In this document: positions 28,328 to 38,614 of the stretch, piece by piece | Numbering within the stretch: the first letter of the stretch is position 1 | How the letters are laid out: every line of letters begins with the position of its first letter | Source of the DNA: Escherichia phage ES12 | Reading direction: 5' to 3' (one strand) | Length of the DNA: 64,000 nt | Sequence record: MN508614.1 | Made by a program: the position numbers and the translations under genes | Notes under the pieces: model-generated | Database searches by the model: none | Told to the model about the DNA's origin: nothing | Seen by the model: only the letters and a program-made list of their open reading frames with translations

Positions 28328-28708
28328 TCACTTAGTCAAATTTTTTACGCATGAATTATAAGAATTCACTACATACTCCATCGGAGCATTTTTACCAGTA
28401 CGCCATTGGTAATTATTAGCCCAATTAGCCCAAATTTCGGCGCAGTAGTTTTCAATTTTTTCTTCGCGTGTAATTACATCAGAATTACGATATGCTTGAG
28501 CAGATTCATCTGGACGAATAGCTTCGTCAAAATTCGCCTGCATTTGTTCGACTGTTTGCTTTGGAGCTTCTTTATAACACTTGACATTAGGATTATAAAA
28601 TTTGCTTGAACAGTTTACAATTTTTCCTACATCAGACTGATTTACTACCGGTCCTTGAGCTACACAACCAGTAAGACCTAATGCAATAACCAAAATAGCG
28701 ATTTTCAT
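28328..28708 (-). CDS. putative lipoprotein / secreted protein (126 aa)
   Basis: Signal peptide MKIAILVIALGLTGC with lipobox. Confidence 0.5.
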   Translation of the reverse strand: MKIAILVIALGLTGCVAQGPVVNQSDVGKIVNCSSKFYNPNVKCYKEAPKQTVEQMQANFDEAIRPDESAQAYRNSDVITREEKIENYCAEIWANWANNYQWRTGKNAPMEYVVNSYNSCVKNLTK

Positions 28709-28718
28709 AATAATTTCC

Positions 28719-28955
28719 TCAAATGCAAGTAGTAATTACTCCAGTAGTGCTTATGCAGGTATTACCCATTTGCACACCTAAAGATCCATTTGTATTCACA
28801 TGAAGATTATCATCAATTTTAACTGATATTTTACCATTAGTGTGAATAACGGTGCTAGATTCAATCACAGGTTGAGTATCATTTTCAACACTAACAAATG
28901 GAACTGCTGCTAATGCAACTAAACAAACTGCTAAGCATCCCATAACAATTTTCAT
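28719..28955 (-). CDS. small secreted protein (78 aa from ATG after promoter leader)
   Basis: ORF 28719..29147 trimmed to MKIVMGCLAVCLVALAA start with GGAGAA RBS. Confidence 0.45.
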   Translation of the reverse strand: MKIVMGCLAVCLVALAAVPFVSVENDTQPVIESSTVIHTNGKISVKIDDNLHVNTNGSLGVQMGNTCISTTGVITTCI

Positions 28956-28992
28956 TTCATTCTCCAAATCCGTATCAGTAGTTGATAGTTGT

Positions 28993-29022
28993 ATAGTACC
29001 ATAGAAGAACAGGGATGTAAAC
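28993..29022 (-). promoter_or_regulatory. T4-type early promoter (GTTTACA, TACTAT) with conserved leader
   Basis: atagta 28993-28998, gtaaac 29017-29022. Confidence 0.6.
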
Positions 29023-29110
29023 CGTTTTGTGAAAAAATTTTTAATGAATTCTAGAGGTCCAGAATCATCTATTTTTCCTAAGTATAGATTTATATTACTT
29101 GTATGAAAAA

Positions 29111-29126
29111 GGGACCCGGAGGTCCC
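29111..29126 (-). terminator. intrinsic terminator after gene 43 (gggacc-cgga-ggtccc)
   Basis: 6-bp GC stem, A5 run precedes on plus strand. Confidence 0.6.
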
Positions 29127-29139
29127 TAGATTTATTCTA

Positions 29140-31836
29140 TCAGCCAAACAGGAAGTCTAACGAAGCTTTTTCTTCATAGTCCATACCTGCCGATTCACAC
29201 ATACCAGCAAGCGGTTTAACAAACGATTTTTGGAACAAAGTTGAGTAGTCAATCCAAGACAGTACATCAGAACGAATTTCTTTTGGAAGTTCTGTACCCG
29301 ACGGCCAAGCAATGCACTTATCACCAAATGGATTTCCTTCACGCAATGGAAGAACCATTACCTTATTTCCATCCAAAATTGGAGCTACACCTAAACCGCT
29401 AACAGCTCGACGATAAGTTAGCACACCACGAATATGGAACGGACATTTAAATCCTGGCCAACCTTTATCATCATATTTCGCTATATCGTTCGCAGTTTTT
29501 ACTTCAGCAATAACTTTATAGTCAAGTTGACGATATTCTTTCTCGAAGTTCTTGTAATATTCTTGGACAGACTCTTCACCTTCCTGAAGAATACGACGAA
29601 TACTTTCTTCGAGAGCTTCTTGGACCGCTTTAGGCGTTGAACTCTGCTGAGTTTCCATACCCATGATTTTTAGATGCGGTTCAGCAAATCGCTTATCTTC
29701 CATATCATAAACGTTCAGAGCATAACGCTTTTTCGCTTTCCAAAATCCACCAACGCCCTTTGAACCAAGTGGAGGGCAAGAAATAGCTTCACGGTCCATA
29801 TGCATCAGATGCTCGCGGTTATTCATATAATCACATAACTCACGATATGCAACATCAATCATAGGTTCCATCTTTTTCTTACCGAACTGATTCATGAATT
29901 CAACTAAATCGTTCTGCTCTTTGAATCGGTCAAGACCAACTTTTTCAATAACTTTATCTACACAAACATATACCGAATCAGTATCACCTGCTGCGATGAA
30001 ATCTTCGCCATTAGTTCCACATACTTTATTCAGATACTCATTAATTTTACGAGCAATCCACTGAATACCGACTTGACCAAAAATTGTAATAGCAGTAGCA
30101 TTTCGCAAATCATAGTAACGGAAATGAATATTACCAAGAGCACCATAAAGACTGTTAATAAGAATTTTACGGTTCAGCTGATTTGTGTTAGCAAGTGTAG
30201 CTGCTTTTTCACATTCTTCGATCAGACTATTAAGAACAGATTCAGTATAATTCGATAGTTCATTTAAGAAATCATCACTGAACTTAACATATCGTTCAAC
30301 TTCTGGTTTAGTTGAACAAGACCCTGCGCCTTTCATAATAATCTTTTTAATAGCTTCGGCATTCATTTCTTCAGCGAACATTTTCTTTTTCCAGTCTTTA
30401 CGCTGGAAAAATACTTTAGCGATTTCCTTTGGAATGATACCTTCTTGATGCTTATCATACATCCATCCATTCGGAGAACAAGAATATTCATCACTCGGTT
30501 TAGGAGCTGTTCCTGCGATATATTCATGAATTGGATGAACTTTAAATTGTCCACGAATAGTTTCAGGACTAATGTTAACCTGACGAATAATGCTCGGATA
30601 CAGAGACGTCAAGTCAAAACTCATAATATATCGACGAGCAATTGGTTTAGGTTCAAATACAAATGCACCCGGAAAACTTTGTTTAACGTGCGAACCTTGT
30701 TGAGGAATAACCTTATGTTCACCTTTCAATGAGTTAAAAATAATAGCATCCCAAGTTTTAATAGGACTCATTACACCAGAAAAAGGCATTTTAGCATAAT
30801 AAGACATACTTAAAACTAGATCGATAAACCCGCGAATTTTATCAATTGCTTGAACTGATTCTACGTCAATGATGTTATAACTAATGTATCGTTGATGATT
30901 AGTCTCACGGAGTTTATTAATAGGACCGTCGTATGGTAATTTACCTTTTTTGGTTTCATGTTGAGCAACTGATTCCAAAGAGAATGACGGCAAATTAGTA
31001 AAAGCGAATTTCTTGTACAAATCTAAATAATCAAGAATAGATACGCCATCAATAGAATAAATTTCTTTGCTACCGTACATATTTTGAATTAGTTTAGATT
31101 TTACCCGACCGATTGGAGAGAAACGTTTCATACTACGTTCACCTAGAATCATTTTAACGCGATTCATGATATACGGAACGTCAAATCCCTCAATATTCCA
31201 ACCAGTAAAAATAGCAGGTCGTTTCTGTTCCCAGAGATTGATATATTCCATGAGCATATCACGCTCATTATCGAATGGCATATAAATTACTCGGTCAAGA
31301 ATTTCTTGAGGAACTTCATCACCACCTTCACAGTCAAGCTTAGCAGCTAACTTTGCATCCCATTTTGATACTGAACCGTACATTGAATTCAAAAGGTCGA
31401 AAACATAAAAACGATCATCAATTGAATCGTAATGAGTGATAGCATCAATTTCATATTCAGCTTTCATTGGGTCAGGAAATTTATCACCAGTAACCTCAAT
31501 GTCACAGTTAGCTACACGAACAAATTTTCGGTCATAAACAATTTCTGAACCGTATGTATCACTGATATAAGCGAGTTTAAAATCGTTCATACCGAGAGCT
31601 TCGAGACCGATGTCTTCCATTCGTTTCATCCAATCTCGAGCATCTTTCATTGATGGAAATTTTTGAGGAGCACAATTTTTACCATAGATGTCTTTGTACT
31701 TTGACTCTTCCTTACAATGCCTAAACATAGTCGGAAGATATTCTACTTCACGAGTACGTTCCTTTCCGTTTTCATCAATATAACGTTCAACAATGTTATT
31801 TCCGACTGTTTCAATAGAGATATAAAATTCTTTCAT
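29140..31836 (-). CDS. 43: DNA polymerase gp43 (898 aa, family B)
   Basis: Exo motifs (FDIE), pol motifs (SLYPSII, YGDTDS); 898 aa as T4 gp43. Confidence 0.95.
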   Translation of the reverse strand: MKEFYISIETVGNNIVERYIDENGKERTREVEYLPTMFRHCKEESKYKDIYGKNCAPQKFPSMKDARDWMKRMEDIGLEALGMNDFKLAYISDTYGSEIVYDRKFVRVANCDIEVTGDKFPDPMKAEYEIDAITHYDSIDDRFYVFDLLNSMYGSVSKWDAKLAAKLDCEGGDEVPQEILDRVIYMPFDNERDMLMEYINLWEQKRPAIFTGWNIEGFDVPYIMNRVKMILGERSMKRFSPIGRVKSKLIQNMYGSKEIYSIDGVSILDYLDLYKKFAFTNLPSFSLESVAQHETKKGKLPYDGPINKLRETNHQRYISYNIIDVESVQAIDKIRGFIDLVLSMSYYAKMPFSGVMSPIKTWDAIIFNSLKGEHKVIPQQGSHVKQSFPGAFVFEPKPIARRYIMSFDLTSLYPSIIRQVNISPETIRGQFKVHPIHEYIAGTAPKPSDEYSCSPNGWMYDKHQEGIIPKEIAKVFFQRKDWKKKMFAEEMNAEAIKKIIMKGAGSCSTKPEVERYVKFSDDFLNELSNYTESVLNSLIEECEKAATLANTNQLNRKILINSLYGALGNIHFRYYDLRNATAITIFGQVGIQWIARKINEYLNKVCGTNGEDFIAAGDTDSVYVCVDKVIEKVGLDRFKEQNDLVEFMNQFGKKKMEPMIDVAYRELCDYMNNREHLMHMDREAISCPPLGSKGVGGFWKAKKRYALNVYDMEDKRFAEPHLKIMGMETQQSSTPKAVQEALEESIRRILQEGEESVQEYYKNFEKEYRQLDYKVIAEVKTANDIAKYDDKGWPGFKCPFHIRGVLTYRRAVSGLGVAPILDGNKVMVLPLREGNPFGDKCIAWPSGTELPKEIRSDVLSWIDYSTLFQKSFVKPLAGMCESAGMDYEEKASLDFLFG

Positions 31837-31854
31837 AGATATTCCTTAGTTTAT

Positions 31855-31872
31855 AGCCCGAGTTATTAGGCT
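31855..31872 (-). promoter_or_regulatory. gene 43 translational operator hairpin (5-bp stem, 8-nt loop AAUAACUC)
   Basis: Minus RNA AGCCU-AAUAACUC-GGGCU upstream of AAGGAA RBS; loop matches the T4 gp43 operator loop as recalled. Confidence 0.6.
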
Positions 31873-31896
31873 CTTGATATATTATACTCCAAATAA

Positions 31897-31910
31897 GGGG
31901 CCGAAGCCCC
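31897..31910 (-). terminator. hairpin gggg-ccgaag-cccc between upstream ORF and gene 43
   Basis: GC stem with UUCG-type loop downstream of 31915 ORF stop. Confidence 0.55.
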
Positions 31911-31914
31911 TTGC

Positions 31915-32136
31915 TTAAATTAGTACTATTTGCCGGGTGAAAATTATCATTCCATCTGCATTAATTGACTTAACGACTGCAGTAAAATGTTTTTGTTCTG
32001 GGTGAACTAATTTTTGAAATTCTACCTGAAATTTTAATTGGAGGTTTTCTGGTAAATCAAAAAGTGTTTCTGTTGCAGAAAGATTATATTTTTCTTTAAG
32101 AGACGCCATGTATTCTTGTGGAGTTATAGCAGTCAT
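31915..32136 (-). CDS. hypothetical protein (73 aa from internal ATG) between regA and 43
   Basis: ORF 31915..32178 trimmed to MTAITPQEY, which abuts the regA stop. Confidence 0.4.
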   Translation of the reverse strand: MTAITPQEYMASLKEKYNLSATETLFDLPENLQLKFQVEFQKLVHPEQKHFTAVVKSINADGMIIFTRQIVLI

Positions 32137-32137
32137 A

Positions 32138-32506
32138 TTAATTACCAATCGTATATTTAGGAACGAGTTTCCATTCATGTTTTTGTTTAAAAGAAATAAC
32201 TCGGAAGTTATTAGTTAAATCTTTCATAAAAGTTCTTTGACCAGGAACGATTTCAATCAGTCCCCAATCTTCTAACAGCCATGCAATCGAATCACGACGA
32301 ACTTCATCTTCTTCTGTCATTTCAACTTGACGGCCATCCATACGAAGCATTTCTTTAAAATGAACGATATAGTATAGTCCTTTTTTCTGAAGAATATGAC
32401 AGGACTGATACAGAACTTTATCTTTATTATTAGCAATTCCCATACGAGTCAAAGTTTCTTTTACTTTCAGAAAATCTTCAGGTTTTTTAAGAGTAATTTC
32501 AATCAT
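32138..32506 (-). CDS. regA: translational repressor RegA (122 aa)
   Basis: 122 aa as T4 RegA; position after gene 62. Confidence 0.8.
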   Translation of the reverse strand: MIEITLKKPEDFLKVKETLTRMGIANNKDKVLYQSCHILQKKGLYYIVHFKEMLRMDGRQVEMTEEDEVRRDSIAWLLEDWGLIEIVPGQRTFMKDLTNNFRVISFKQKHEWKLVPKYTIGN

Positions 32507-32507
32507 T

Positions 32508-33071
32508 TTACCATTCCAATGCTAGTTTTTTGAGTTGTTTCTGTTCTTTTACGTTCTTAGTCACTTCTTTCAAAAAATCATCCGTGACTAAACCTTTTAG
32601 TTCTTTTAATACTAAAGGAAGTTTTCCATTTTTAGTAAGAATTGATTTATAGTTAATTGCATCATTTGTATTAACTTGATACCGCTTAGCAAGTAACTTA
32701 ATAATCAATACTTCGGTGGAATCTTCAACCAGTTTTGCCCATTTACCATATCTTTTACCACGAGGAACTGCAGCCATTAGATAATTAAAATGAGCTTCAT
32801 CACTTAATCCAGAACCGATTAAATTCATAGCATATACAGCTGGCATGCACTCTGGAAATTGTGATAATGCATTTTCAACCATGAATTTTGAATAATCTTT
32901 TTGAGCAATAGAGCATTTAGTTTTATTATTAATAGCTCCAATTATTTCAAAAAATTCATTTTCAGCTTTTTCTTTAAAAGAATCAGCAGCGGATTGGACA
33001 GCTGTCCAATCTTTTGAATACCAAGCAACTTGATGCTCGTTTAATTGAATATCATCTTCAAATAAGCTCAT
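32508..33071 (-). CDS. 62: clamp loader small subunit gp62 (187 aa)
   Basis: 187 aa as T4 gp62; coupled to gp44. Confidence 0.85.
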   Translation of the reverse strand: MSLFEDDIQLNEHQVAWYSKDWTAVQSAADSFKEKAENEFFEIIGAINNKTKCSIAQKDYSKFMVENALSQFPECMPAVYAMNLIGSGLSDEAHFNYLMAAVPRGKRYGKWAKLVEDSTEVLIIKLLAKRYQVNTNDAINYKSILTKNGKLPLVLKELKGLVTDDFLKEVTKNVKEQKQLKKLALEW

Positions 33072-33072
33072 A

Positions 33073-34047
33073 TCACTTCCACTGCATTTCGCATGCTAAT
33101 TGAATGAAAAGATAAGCTAAATGCAATTCAGTATTAGCTGCAATACCATGATACTGATTATTTTCGCCTACAATTTCGTACATACGAATAATACTCTGCG
33201 GAGTTACACGTGAATAGATTTCTTCGGCAAGTTTACCAACGAACCACGAATAATCAGCTGCATATTTTGGTGCTAAAGCTCTGAGTTGTTTAACATCTTT
33301 ATTTTTGAGAGACTCAAGAACATCATCAATAGCACCACGATCGTTAGTAACCAGTGATAAAATACCAGCATCCAAAACACCTTTAGATGAATAACTATCG
33401 AGCTCGCCAATAGTTTTACGAAAATCAGGAAAATTCTTTTTAACCAAAGCTGCTACAACTTTCATATCAGCTATAGCAATTCCTTCATGCTTACAGATTT
33501 CAGTCAATCGACGAATCATCTGCTTCATCATTTCAATTTTATCTTCATCGGTCGGTTGACCGAACGTAATAACTCGGCAGCGTGACTGAAGTGGTTTAAT
33601 AATACCATCAATATTGTTAGCAGTAATAATAATACTACAGTTTGAACTATAAGCTTCCATAAAGGAACGAAGATGTCGCTGAGACTCTGCTAATCCTGAA
33701 CGGTCAAATTCATCAATAACGATTACCTTTTGACGACCGTCAAATGAAGCTGCACTGGCAAAATTAGTCAAAGGACCACGAACGAAATCAATTTTACAAT
33801 CTGATCCATTCACAAACATCATATCAGCATTTACATCATGACACAATGCTTTTGCTACAGTTGTTTTACCTGTTCCTGGAGAAGGAGAATGAAGAATAAT
33901 ATGTGGAATTTTACCTTTACTTGTAATAGATTTAAAGGTTTCTTTATCAAAGGCGGGAAGAATACATTCATCGATAGTAGATGGACGATATTTCTGTTCA
34001 AGAATGTGTTCTTTTTCATTTACAGTAATCATAATTTCCTCATTCAA
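33073..34047 (-). CDS. 44: clamp loader ATPase gp44 (324 aa, AAA+)
   Basis: Walker [11 protein letters not shown], Walker [12 protein letters not shown] motif (LQSRC). Confidence 0.9.
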   Translation of the reverse strand: MNEEIMITVNEKEHILEQKYRPSTIDECILPAFDKETFKSITSKGKIPHIILHSPSPGTGKTTVAKALCHDVNADMMFVNGSDCKIDFVRGPLTNFASAASFDGRQKVIVIDEFDRSGLAESQRHLRSFMEAYSSNCSIIITANNIDGIIKPLQSRCRVITFGQPTDEDKIEMMKQMIRRLTEICKHEGIAIADMKVVAALVKKNFPDFRKTIGELDSYSSKGVLDAGILSLVTNDRGAIDDVLESLKNKDVKQLRALAPKYAADYSWFVGKLAEEIYSRVTPQSIIRMYEIVGENNQYHGIAANTELHLAYLFIQLACEMQWK

Positions 34048-34064
34048 GTTTTAGTGTAAATTAT

Positions 34065-34082
34065 AAAGGGCCGAAGCCCTTT
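34065..34082 (-). terminator. hairpin aaagggccgaagcccttt between 45 and 44
   Basis: GC stem with UUCG-type loop; overlaps gene 45 stop region. Confidence 0.5.
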
Positions 34083-34083
34083 A

Positions 34084-34770
34084 TTAAAAATCGTGAGTAG
34101 AATCAGCTTCAAGAGCTACTACATAATTCGCATGTTCACCTTCAAATTTAGCAGCACCTTGTTTACCTTTTGCCCAGAGCAGAAGTTTATAATTTCCTGG
34201 TTGCATTTTCATATTTGCCATATTGATAATGAAATTAAATGTATTTTCACCATCATAATCACCAAGAGTCAAAGAATATTTAACACGGGTCAGAGCAGAA
34301 TCTTCTACTTTATTAAAACCGTTAATTACGATTTTACCTTCTTTTACCGTGATAGCAATTGTATCAATTTGCAGACCACGAGATACGCGCAACAGTTGTT
34401 GAAGGTCTTCAGCTTTAATTTCGGTAACAACAGATGCTACCGGGAATGGAATTGGTTTATTAGGAGCAACTACTGTACTCGGATCGGCTGCTGGCCAAAA
34501 AATTGTTGAGCGGGCATCAGCAATTTTAATATTTCCATCTTCTGACTGGGAAATTTCTGCATCATCATTAACTAGAGACAGAATACCGAGAAAACCGTTC
34601 AAATCGTAAATTGCTACATCAAAATCAATAACGTCAGAAATATTTGCTTCCGCATAAGTTGTACCATTAACCGCGCGAGTCATAATAAATTGACCGGATT
34701 TAAGCATAATGCCAGAGTTAATAGTAGCGAAATTTTTCAAAATATTCAGTGTATCTTTAGACAGTTTCAT
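34084..34770 (-). CDS. 45: sliding clamp gp45 (228 aa)
   Basis: 228 aa as T4 gp45; upstream of 44/62. Confidence 0.9.
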   Translation of the reverse strand: MKLSKDTLNILKNFATINSGIMLKSGQFIMTRAVNGTTYAEANISDVIDFDVAIYDLNGFLGILSLVNDDAEISQSEDGNIKIADARSTIFWPAADPSTVVAPNKPIPFPVASVVTEIKAEDLQQLLRVSRGLQIDTIAITVKEGKIVINGFNKVEDSALTRVKYSLTLGDYDGENTFNFIINMANMKMQPGNYKLLLWAKGKQGAAKFEGEHANYVVALEADSTHDF

Positions 34771-34799
34771 GTAATTTCCTTCAATTCAAATGAGATTTA

Positions 34800-34823
34800 A
34801 TTTTATAACTAATTTAATAAAGC
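34800..34823 (-). promoter_or_regulatory. candidate middle promoter for gene 45 (TTGCTTTA, 11-nt gap, TAAAAT)
   Basis: plus-strand taaagca 34817-34823; -10 ~34800-34805. Confidence 0.45.
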
Positions 34824-34825
34824 AA

Positions 34826-35215
34826 TTAACGATTAAAATCAGCCGCAATTGTTTCGGCAACAATTTGAGCGGCAACAATCAGACGTTCATCTGCATTGCC
34901 ACAATATTCATCTTCAAGGCGTTCACCACATGAAGTCATAATAAATTTAGCACCAGCGTTTAGGGATTCTGTAGTATGTTTGCGCATTAGTTCAATCCAT
35001 TTATTACTTACTTCACGATCGATAGCTTCATAATACGCATGACGAGCAGGTGCAGATTTAATTTTGTTCTGAATAACTTCCATTGCGTTATCAGAAAGAG
35101 ACAAAACCCATGCTCGACGAATTTTATTTTGGTTTTGTGGATTTGATTCAGAACGCACGTGTTTTGGCTGAATATCTTTTACATCAACAGTATAATTCAC
35201 AGTAATTTTAGTCAT
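34826..35215 (-). CDS. rpbA: RpbA-position protein (129 aa)
   Basis: 129 aa as T4 RpbA; adjacent to gene 45. Confidence 0.55.
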   Translation of the reverse strand: MTKITVNYTVDVKDIQPKHVRSESNPQNQNKIRRAWVLSLSDNAMEVIQNKIKSAPARHAYYEAIDREVSNKWIELMRKHTTESLNAGAKFIMTSCGERLEDEYCGNADERLIVAAQIVAETIAADFNR

Positions 35216-35224
35216 AATACACCT

Positions 35225-35413
35225 TTAGTCATAATAATCAGTAACAGTCCAAGCTTCATTTCTATTGGACATTATTTTTGTATATTCTGCTTTAAATGCA
35301 TTCCTAAGCATAGATTCAGTAACTATATGCTCTTCATTAGAAAAATTATTTCTCAGAATATATCGTTTTATTTCAGGAATAGTTAATAGATGCTGTCCAG
35401 TTGAATATTCCAT
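35225..35413 (-). CDS. hypothetical protein (62 aa), 45.2 position
   Basis: ORF track. Confidence 0.45.
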   Translation of the reverse strand: MEYSTGQHLLTIPEIKRYILRNNFSNEEHIVTESMLRNAFKAEYTKIMSNRNEAWTVTDYYD

Positions 35414-35430
35414 GTTTTTCCTCCATAGAG

Positions 35431-35454
35431 ATTATACTCTAATAAATTAAAGCA
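35431..35454 (-). promoter_or_regulatory. MotA-dependent middle promoter (TGCTTTA, 11-nt gap, TATAAT)
   Basis: plus-strand attata 35431-35436 and taaagca 35448-35454; between gene 46 stop and 45.2 start. Confidence 0.55.
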
Positions 35455-35468
35455 TAATCTCTTATAAA

Positions 35469-37151
35469 TTAAACCATTACAGTAAATCGACCAACTTTCT
35501 TCATTTGAAGATGCTGACCGTATTCTTGCGGGTCATGGTCTTTATGCGAAATTATAAAAACATTAGTGTTTTTCATTGAATTTATAATATTAGCTACACC
35601 TTTAATACCTTCGGCATCAAATGACCCATCAAACACTTCATCGAGTATTAATGTACTAATACTAACACCAGATACAATAGAAGCAATATCACGCCAAGTA
35701 AATAAAAGAGCAATATCAATTCGCGCTTTTTCACCTTCACTAAATGAAGCATAACTAAAATCTTCGCGACCACGGGATTTAATTGTCTCATTAAATTCTT
35801 CATCTAATGTAAACACATAATCCGCTTCCATTATTTTAAGATAATGGTTAATCTGCTTATTAAATAATGGAATGTACTTTTTAATAATAGCACCTTTAAT
35901 ACCAGAATCTTTGAGCATATCAGTCAAAATTCCTCGGTGGTATTTTTCCATTACTAAATTAGTTTTTGTCTTAACAATTTTATCAAGTTCTTCTTGAAGC
36001 AGTGCTATTTCATCAGCATGGTCAATAAACTCAGAAGATGCTTTTTCTATAGCCGCTTTAACTTTTTTAGCTTTATCTACCGTCGTGATTAGAGATTGCT
36101 TTTTATTGCGGATATCATTTGCCAACGACTGTTGGGTTTTAATATTATCTCGGTATTCATCAACAAGAACTTTTAAATTATCACGATGCGTTGAAAGCTG
36201 TTCAAATGAATGTGTGCATTCAGAAACTTTATCTTTAATTTTAGAAACAACTTTATCACCGGAACTTAATTGTGACAAACAGGTTGGGCATAATCCACCT
36301 TCGTGATACATATTAATGACTTTATTATACGAGTCAATTTTTGATTTAATTAAAACTGCTTCTTGACCGATTTTATTAAATGCATCAGTCGGGTCTTCGT
36401 CTAAAACAATATTAACTAATCTTTCATTAGCTTCTTCTATTTCCGATTTTAGCGTTCTAGCTTCTTTTGCCAAATCATCATACATATTTTGCAGACGAGT
36501 AAGGTTGTCACCCGTTAATTTTTTCTGGCGTTCAACGTTATCATTATATATTTTAATTTGTTGGATAATACTATCTTTTTTAACATCAAGCACTTGGTTT
36601 TGTGAATTTAATTCACGTATTAGTGCTTTATTAAGCTTATCCATTTCAGCTAATGTTCCTACCTCAAGCAGGTCTTCCACAAGCTTTCTTCGCGCAGGGG
36701 TCGACAAACCCATGAAAGGGGTATACCCTGCTGTACCAAGGACAACAATCTGCTTGAAACTGGCATATGACATTCCGATAAGCTGTTCAAATTCTGCTTG
36801 GAAATCTTTACTGCTGGCAGATTCATTAAGACGTGTACCGTTAACGGTGATTTCGAAAACGTTTGGTTTTTGTCCTCTTTTGATATAGTACTTTTTCTCA
36901 TCATATTCCATCCACAGTTCAACTAAAAGTTCTTTCTTATTTGTGCTGTTTATTAATTGGCCTTTCTTTACATCACGAAATGGCTTGCCAAAAAGCCCAA
37001 ATGTGATGGCTTCTAACATAGTAGACTTACCACCGCCATTTCGTCCAGTAATAAGAGTTTTTTGAACCTTATCTAATTGAATGTCAATCCCATTTTGACC
37101 AACTGACATTATATTTTTATATTTTACTCTATTAAGTTTAAAATTCTTCAC
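35469..37151 (-). CDS. 46: recombination endonuclease subunit gp46 (560 aa, Rad50/SbcC-like)
   Basis: Walker A GRNGGGKST, zinc hook CPTC, signature SGGEK-like and D-loop; 560 aa as T4. Confidence 0.9.
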   Translation of the reverse strand: MKNFKLNRVKYKNIMSVGQNGIDIQLDKVQKTLITGRNGGGKSTMLEAITFGLFGKPFRDVKKGQLINSTNKKELLVELWMEYDEKKYYIKRGQKPNVFEITVNGTRLNESASSKDFQAEFEQLIGMSYASFKQIVVLGTAGYTPFMGLSTPARRKLVEDLLEVGTLAEMDKLNKALIRELNSQNQVLDVKKDSIIQQIKIYNDNVERQKKLTGDNLTRLQNMYDDLAKEARTLKSEIEEANERLVNIVLDEDPTDAFNKIGQEAVLIKSKIDSYNKVINMYHEGGLCPTCLSQLSSGDKVVSKIKDKVSECTHSFEQLSTHRDNLKVLVDEYRDNIKTQQSLANDIRNKKQSLITTVDKAKKVKAAIEKASSEFIDHADEIALLQEELDKIVKTKTNLVMEKYHRGILTDMLKDSGIKGAIIKKYIPLFNKQINHYLKIMEADYVFTLDEEFNETIKSRGREDFSYASFSEGEKARIDIALLFTWRDIASIVSGVSISTLILDEVFDGSFDAEGIKGVANIINSMKNTNVFIISHKDHDPQEYGQHLQMKKVGRFTVMV

Positions 37152-37363
37152 AAAAGATTCCTTTTAATGTATCTTTTAGACCATTCTATCATATCATCAT
37201 AATCTAAAAAGTATTCATCAAATTCAGCCATGCAAACAACACCTTGTGCTGTTTTTGATGTAATATAAATTATTCCAACATATCTAGAATCTTCTTCGGT
37301 ATAATCAATGTTTGCTATGAATTCATCATTAATGTCAAATGTCGAAAACTTCACAGTATGCAT
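37148..37363 (-). CDS. hypothetical protein (71 aa from internal ATG), 46.1 position
   Basis: ORF 37148..37411 trimmed to MHTVKF. Confidence 0.4.
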   Translation of the reverse strand: MHTVKFSTFDINDEFIANIDYTEEDSRYVGIIYITSKTAQGVVCMAEFDEYFLDYDDMIEWSKRYIKRNLL

Positions 37364-37598
37364 CCTTAATACAAGATACAGCCATATCTTGTAATGATTT
37401 AGGTGTGTCATTATCTAAAATGTTGAAGTTAAAAGATACAGCCCAGTCAGTGCAGACTGTAACCTTTTTAATACAATTATCTTCAACCTCTAACGGTTCA
37501 AACCAATATTCAATAATTTCTTTATGCCCAATATCATCTTTTACTTCGCATTCAAAATGCTGACTCATCATAACATTTTTAAATTCATCAAAAGTCAT
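37335..37598 (-). CDS. hypothetical acidic protein (87 aa), 46.2 position
   Basis: ORF track. Confidence 0.45.
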   Translation of the reverse strand: MTFDEFKNVMMSQHFECEVKDDIGHKEIIEYWFEPLEVEDNCIKKVTVCTDWAVSFNFNILDNDTPKSLQDMAVSCIKDAYCEVFDI

Positions 37599-38614
37599 TG
37601 TGTTGCCTCTACATATAGCTGATTTGCATATTGAATAAGTGCTTCACGATCAGAATCAGTGATGTCTGGAATTGCATTAATATACTCTTCCATTAATGTC
37701 TGAAGCGATTGAACTTCAACTTCTTCACTGTCATCTGACTCGACAGAGTTATCAATCTTTGACACAACTCGTAACGAATGCACAACTTTCTCTAGTTCAG
37801 ATTCGAACTTCGTCAGATTTTTGTCTACTTCAGTTACTATAACACGTACTGATAGATTTGTAAAATCTTTATAGTCAATTTTTCCTTTAAATGGATAATG
37901 AATTCTACGATGCCAGGTAGTATTGTTTGGAATAAATTCCATTCGTTCTGTTTCTGTATCAAACATCCAGAACCCACGAGGGTCATTCTCGTCACCTGCA
38001 GTTAGTGTCCATGGTGTCCCAATATATCTGACGTTTGCAGCCTCAGAGATAGTATGGAAGTGACCAGACCACACTTCTTTATAAGTCTTAAGGAAATCAG
38101 GTTCAAGACCGTGAGATTTCATTCCTTTATAAAAATAAAATCCGTTCAGTTCCCAGTGACCAACGCAAAAAGAAGCAGATGAAGTTTTGATGTGTTCAAG
38201 AATTTCACCAGTATTTTCTTCACACATCCAAGGAATTAAATCAATTAAACATCCGTCAAAATCTACTGTAGTAGGCTTATCATATACTTTAACATTAGGA
38301 TATTTAGCCAAAAGCTCAGTAGAGGCATTTGGAGTTAAAGTATTTTTAAAGTGCATATCATGGTTTCCTACAACAGTATGTAGGGTAATACCAGCATCAT
38401 CAAGCATTTGAACTATTTCACGAGCGAACTCCATAGTTTTATGCGTGATTGCTTTTCGCACATCAAAAATATCGCCGTATTGAATCCAGGTAGTAATTCC
38501 ATTTTTCTTAGAATATTCTATTGCTTGTTTAATTCCATCCAACTGAATGGATTGAACCCACTCATCATCGGCTTTAACGCCTAAATGCCAATCACCTAAA
38601 TTTAAAATTTTCAT
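37595..38614 (-). CDS. 47: recombination endonuclease subunit gp47 (339 aa, Mre11/SbcD-like)
   Basis: Calcineurin-like phosphoesterase motifs (GDWH, GNHD, GHWE); 339 aa as T4. Confidence 0.9.
   Translation of the reverse strand: MKILNLGDWHLGVKADDEWVQSIQLDGIKQAIEYSKKNGITTWIQYGDIFDVRKAITHKTMEFAREIVQMLDDAGITLHTVVGNHDMHFKNTLTPNASTELLAKYPNVKVYDKPTTVDFDGCLIDLIPWMCEENTGEILEHIKTSSASFCVGHWELNGFYFYKGMKSHGLEPDFLKTYKEVWSGHFHTISEAANVRYIGTPWTLTAGDENDPRGFWMFDTETERMEFIPNNTTWHRRIHYPFKGKIDYKDFTNLSVRVIVTEVDKNLTKFESELEKVVHSLRVVSKIDNSVESDDSEEVEVQSLQTLMEEYINAIPDITDSDREALIQYANQLYVEATQ

Noticed and set aside
28956-29147. Long N-terminal extensions in track ORFs 28719..29147, 54562..55650, 2012..2260 and 58937..59170 sharing a ...YGTIQLSTTDTDLENEMK peptide
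   Set aside because: The shared peptide is the translated early-promoter leader (tatcaactacggaggaacagaaaATG). The real starts are the ATGs after the GGAGGAA RBS, so it is not a conserved protein domain.
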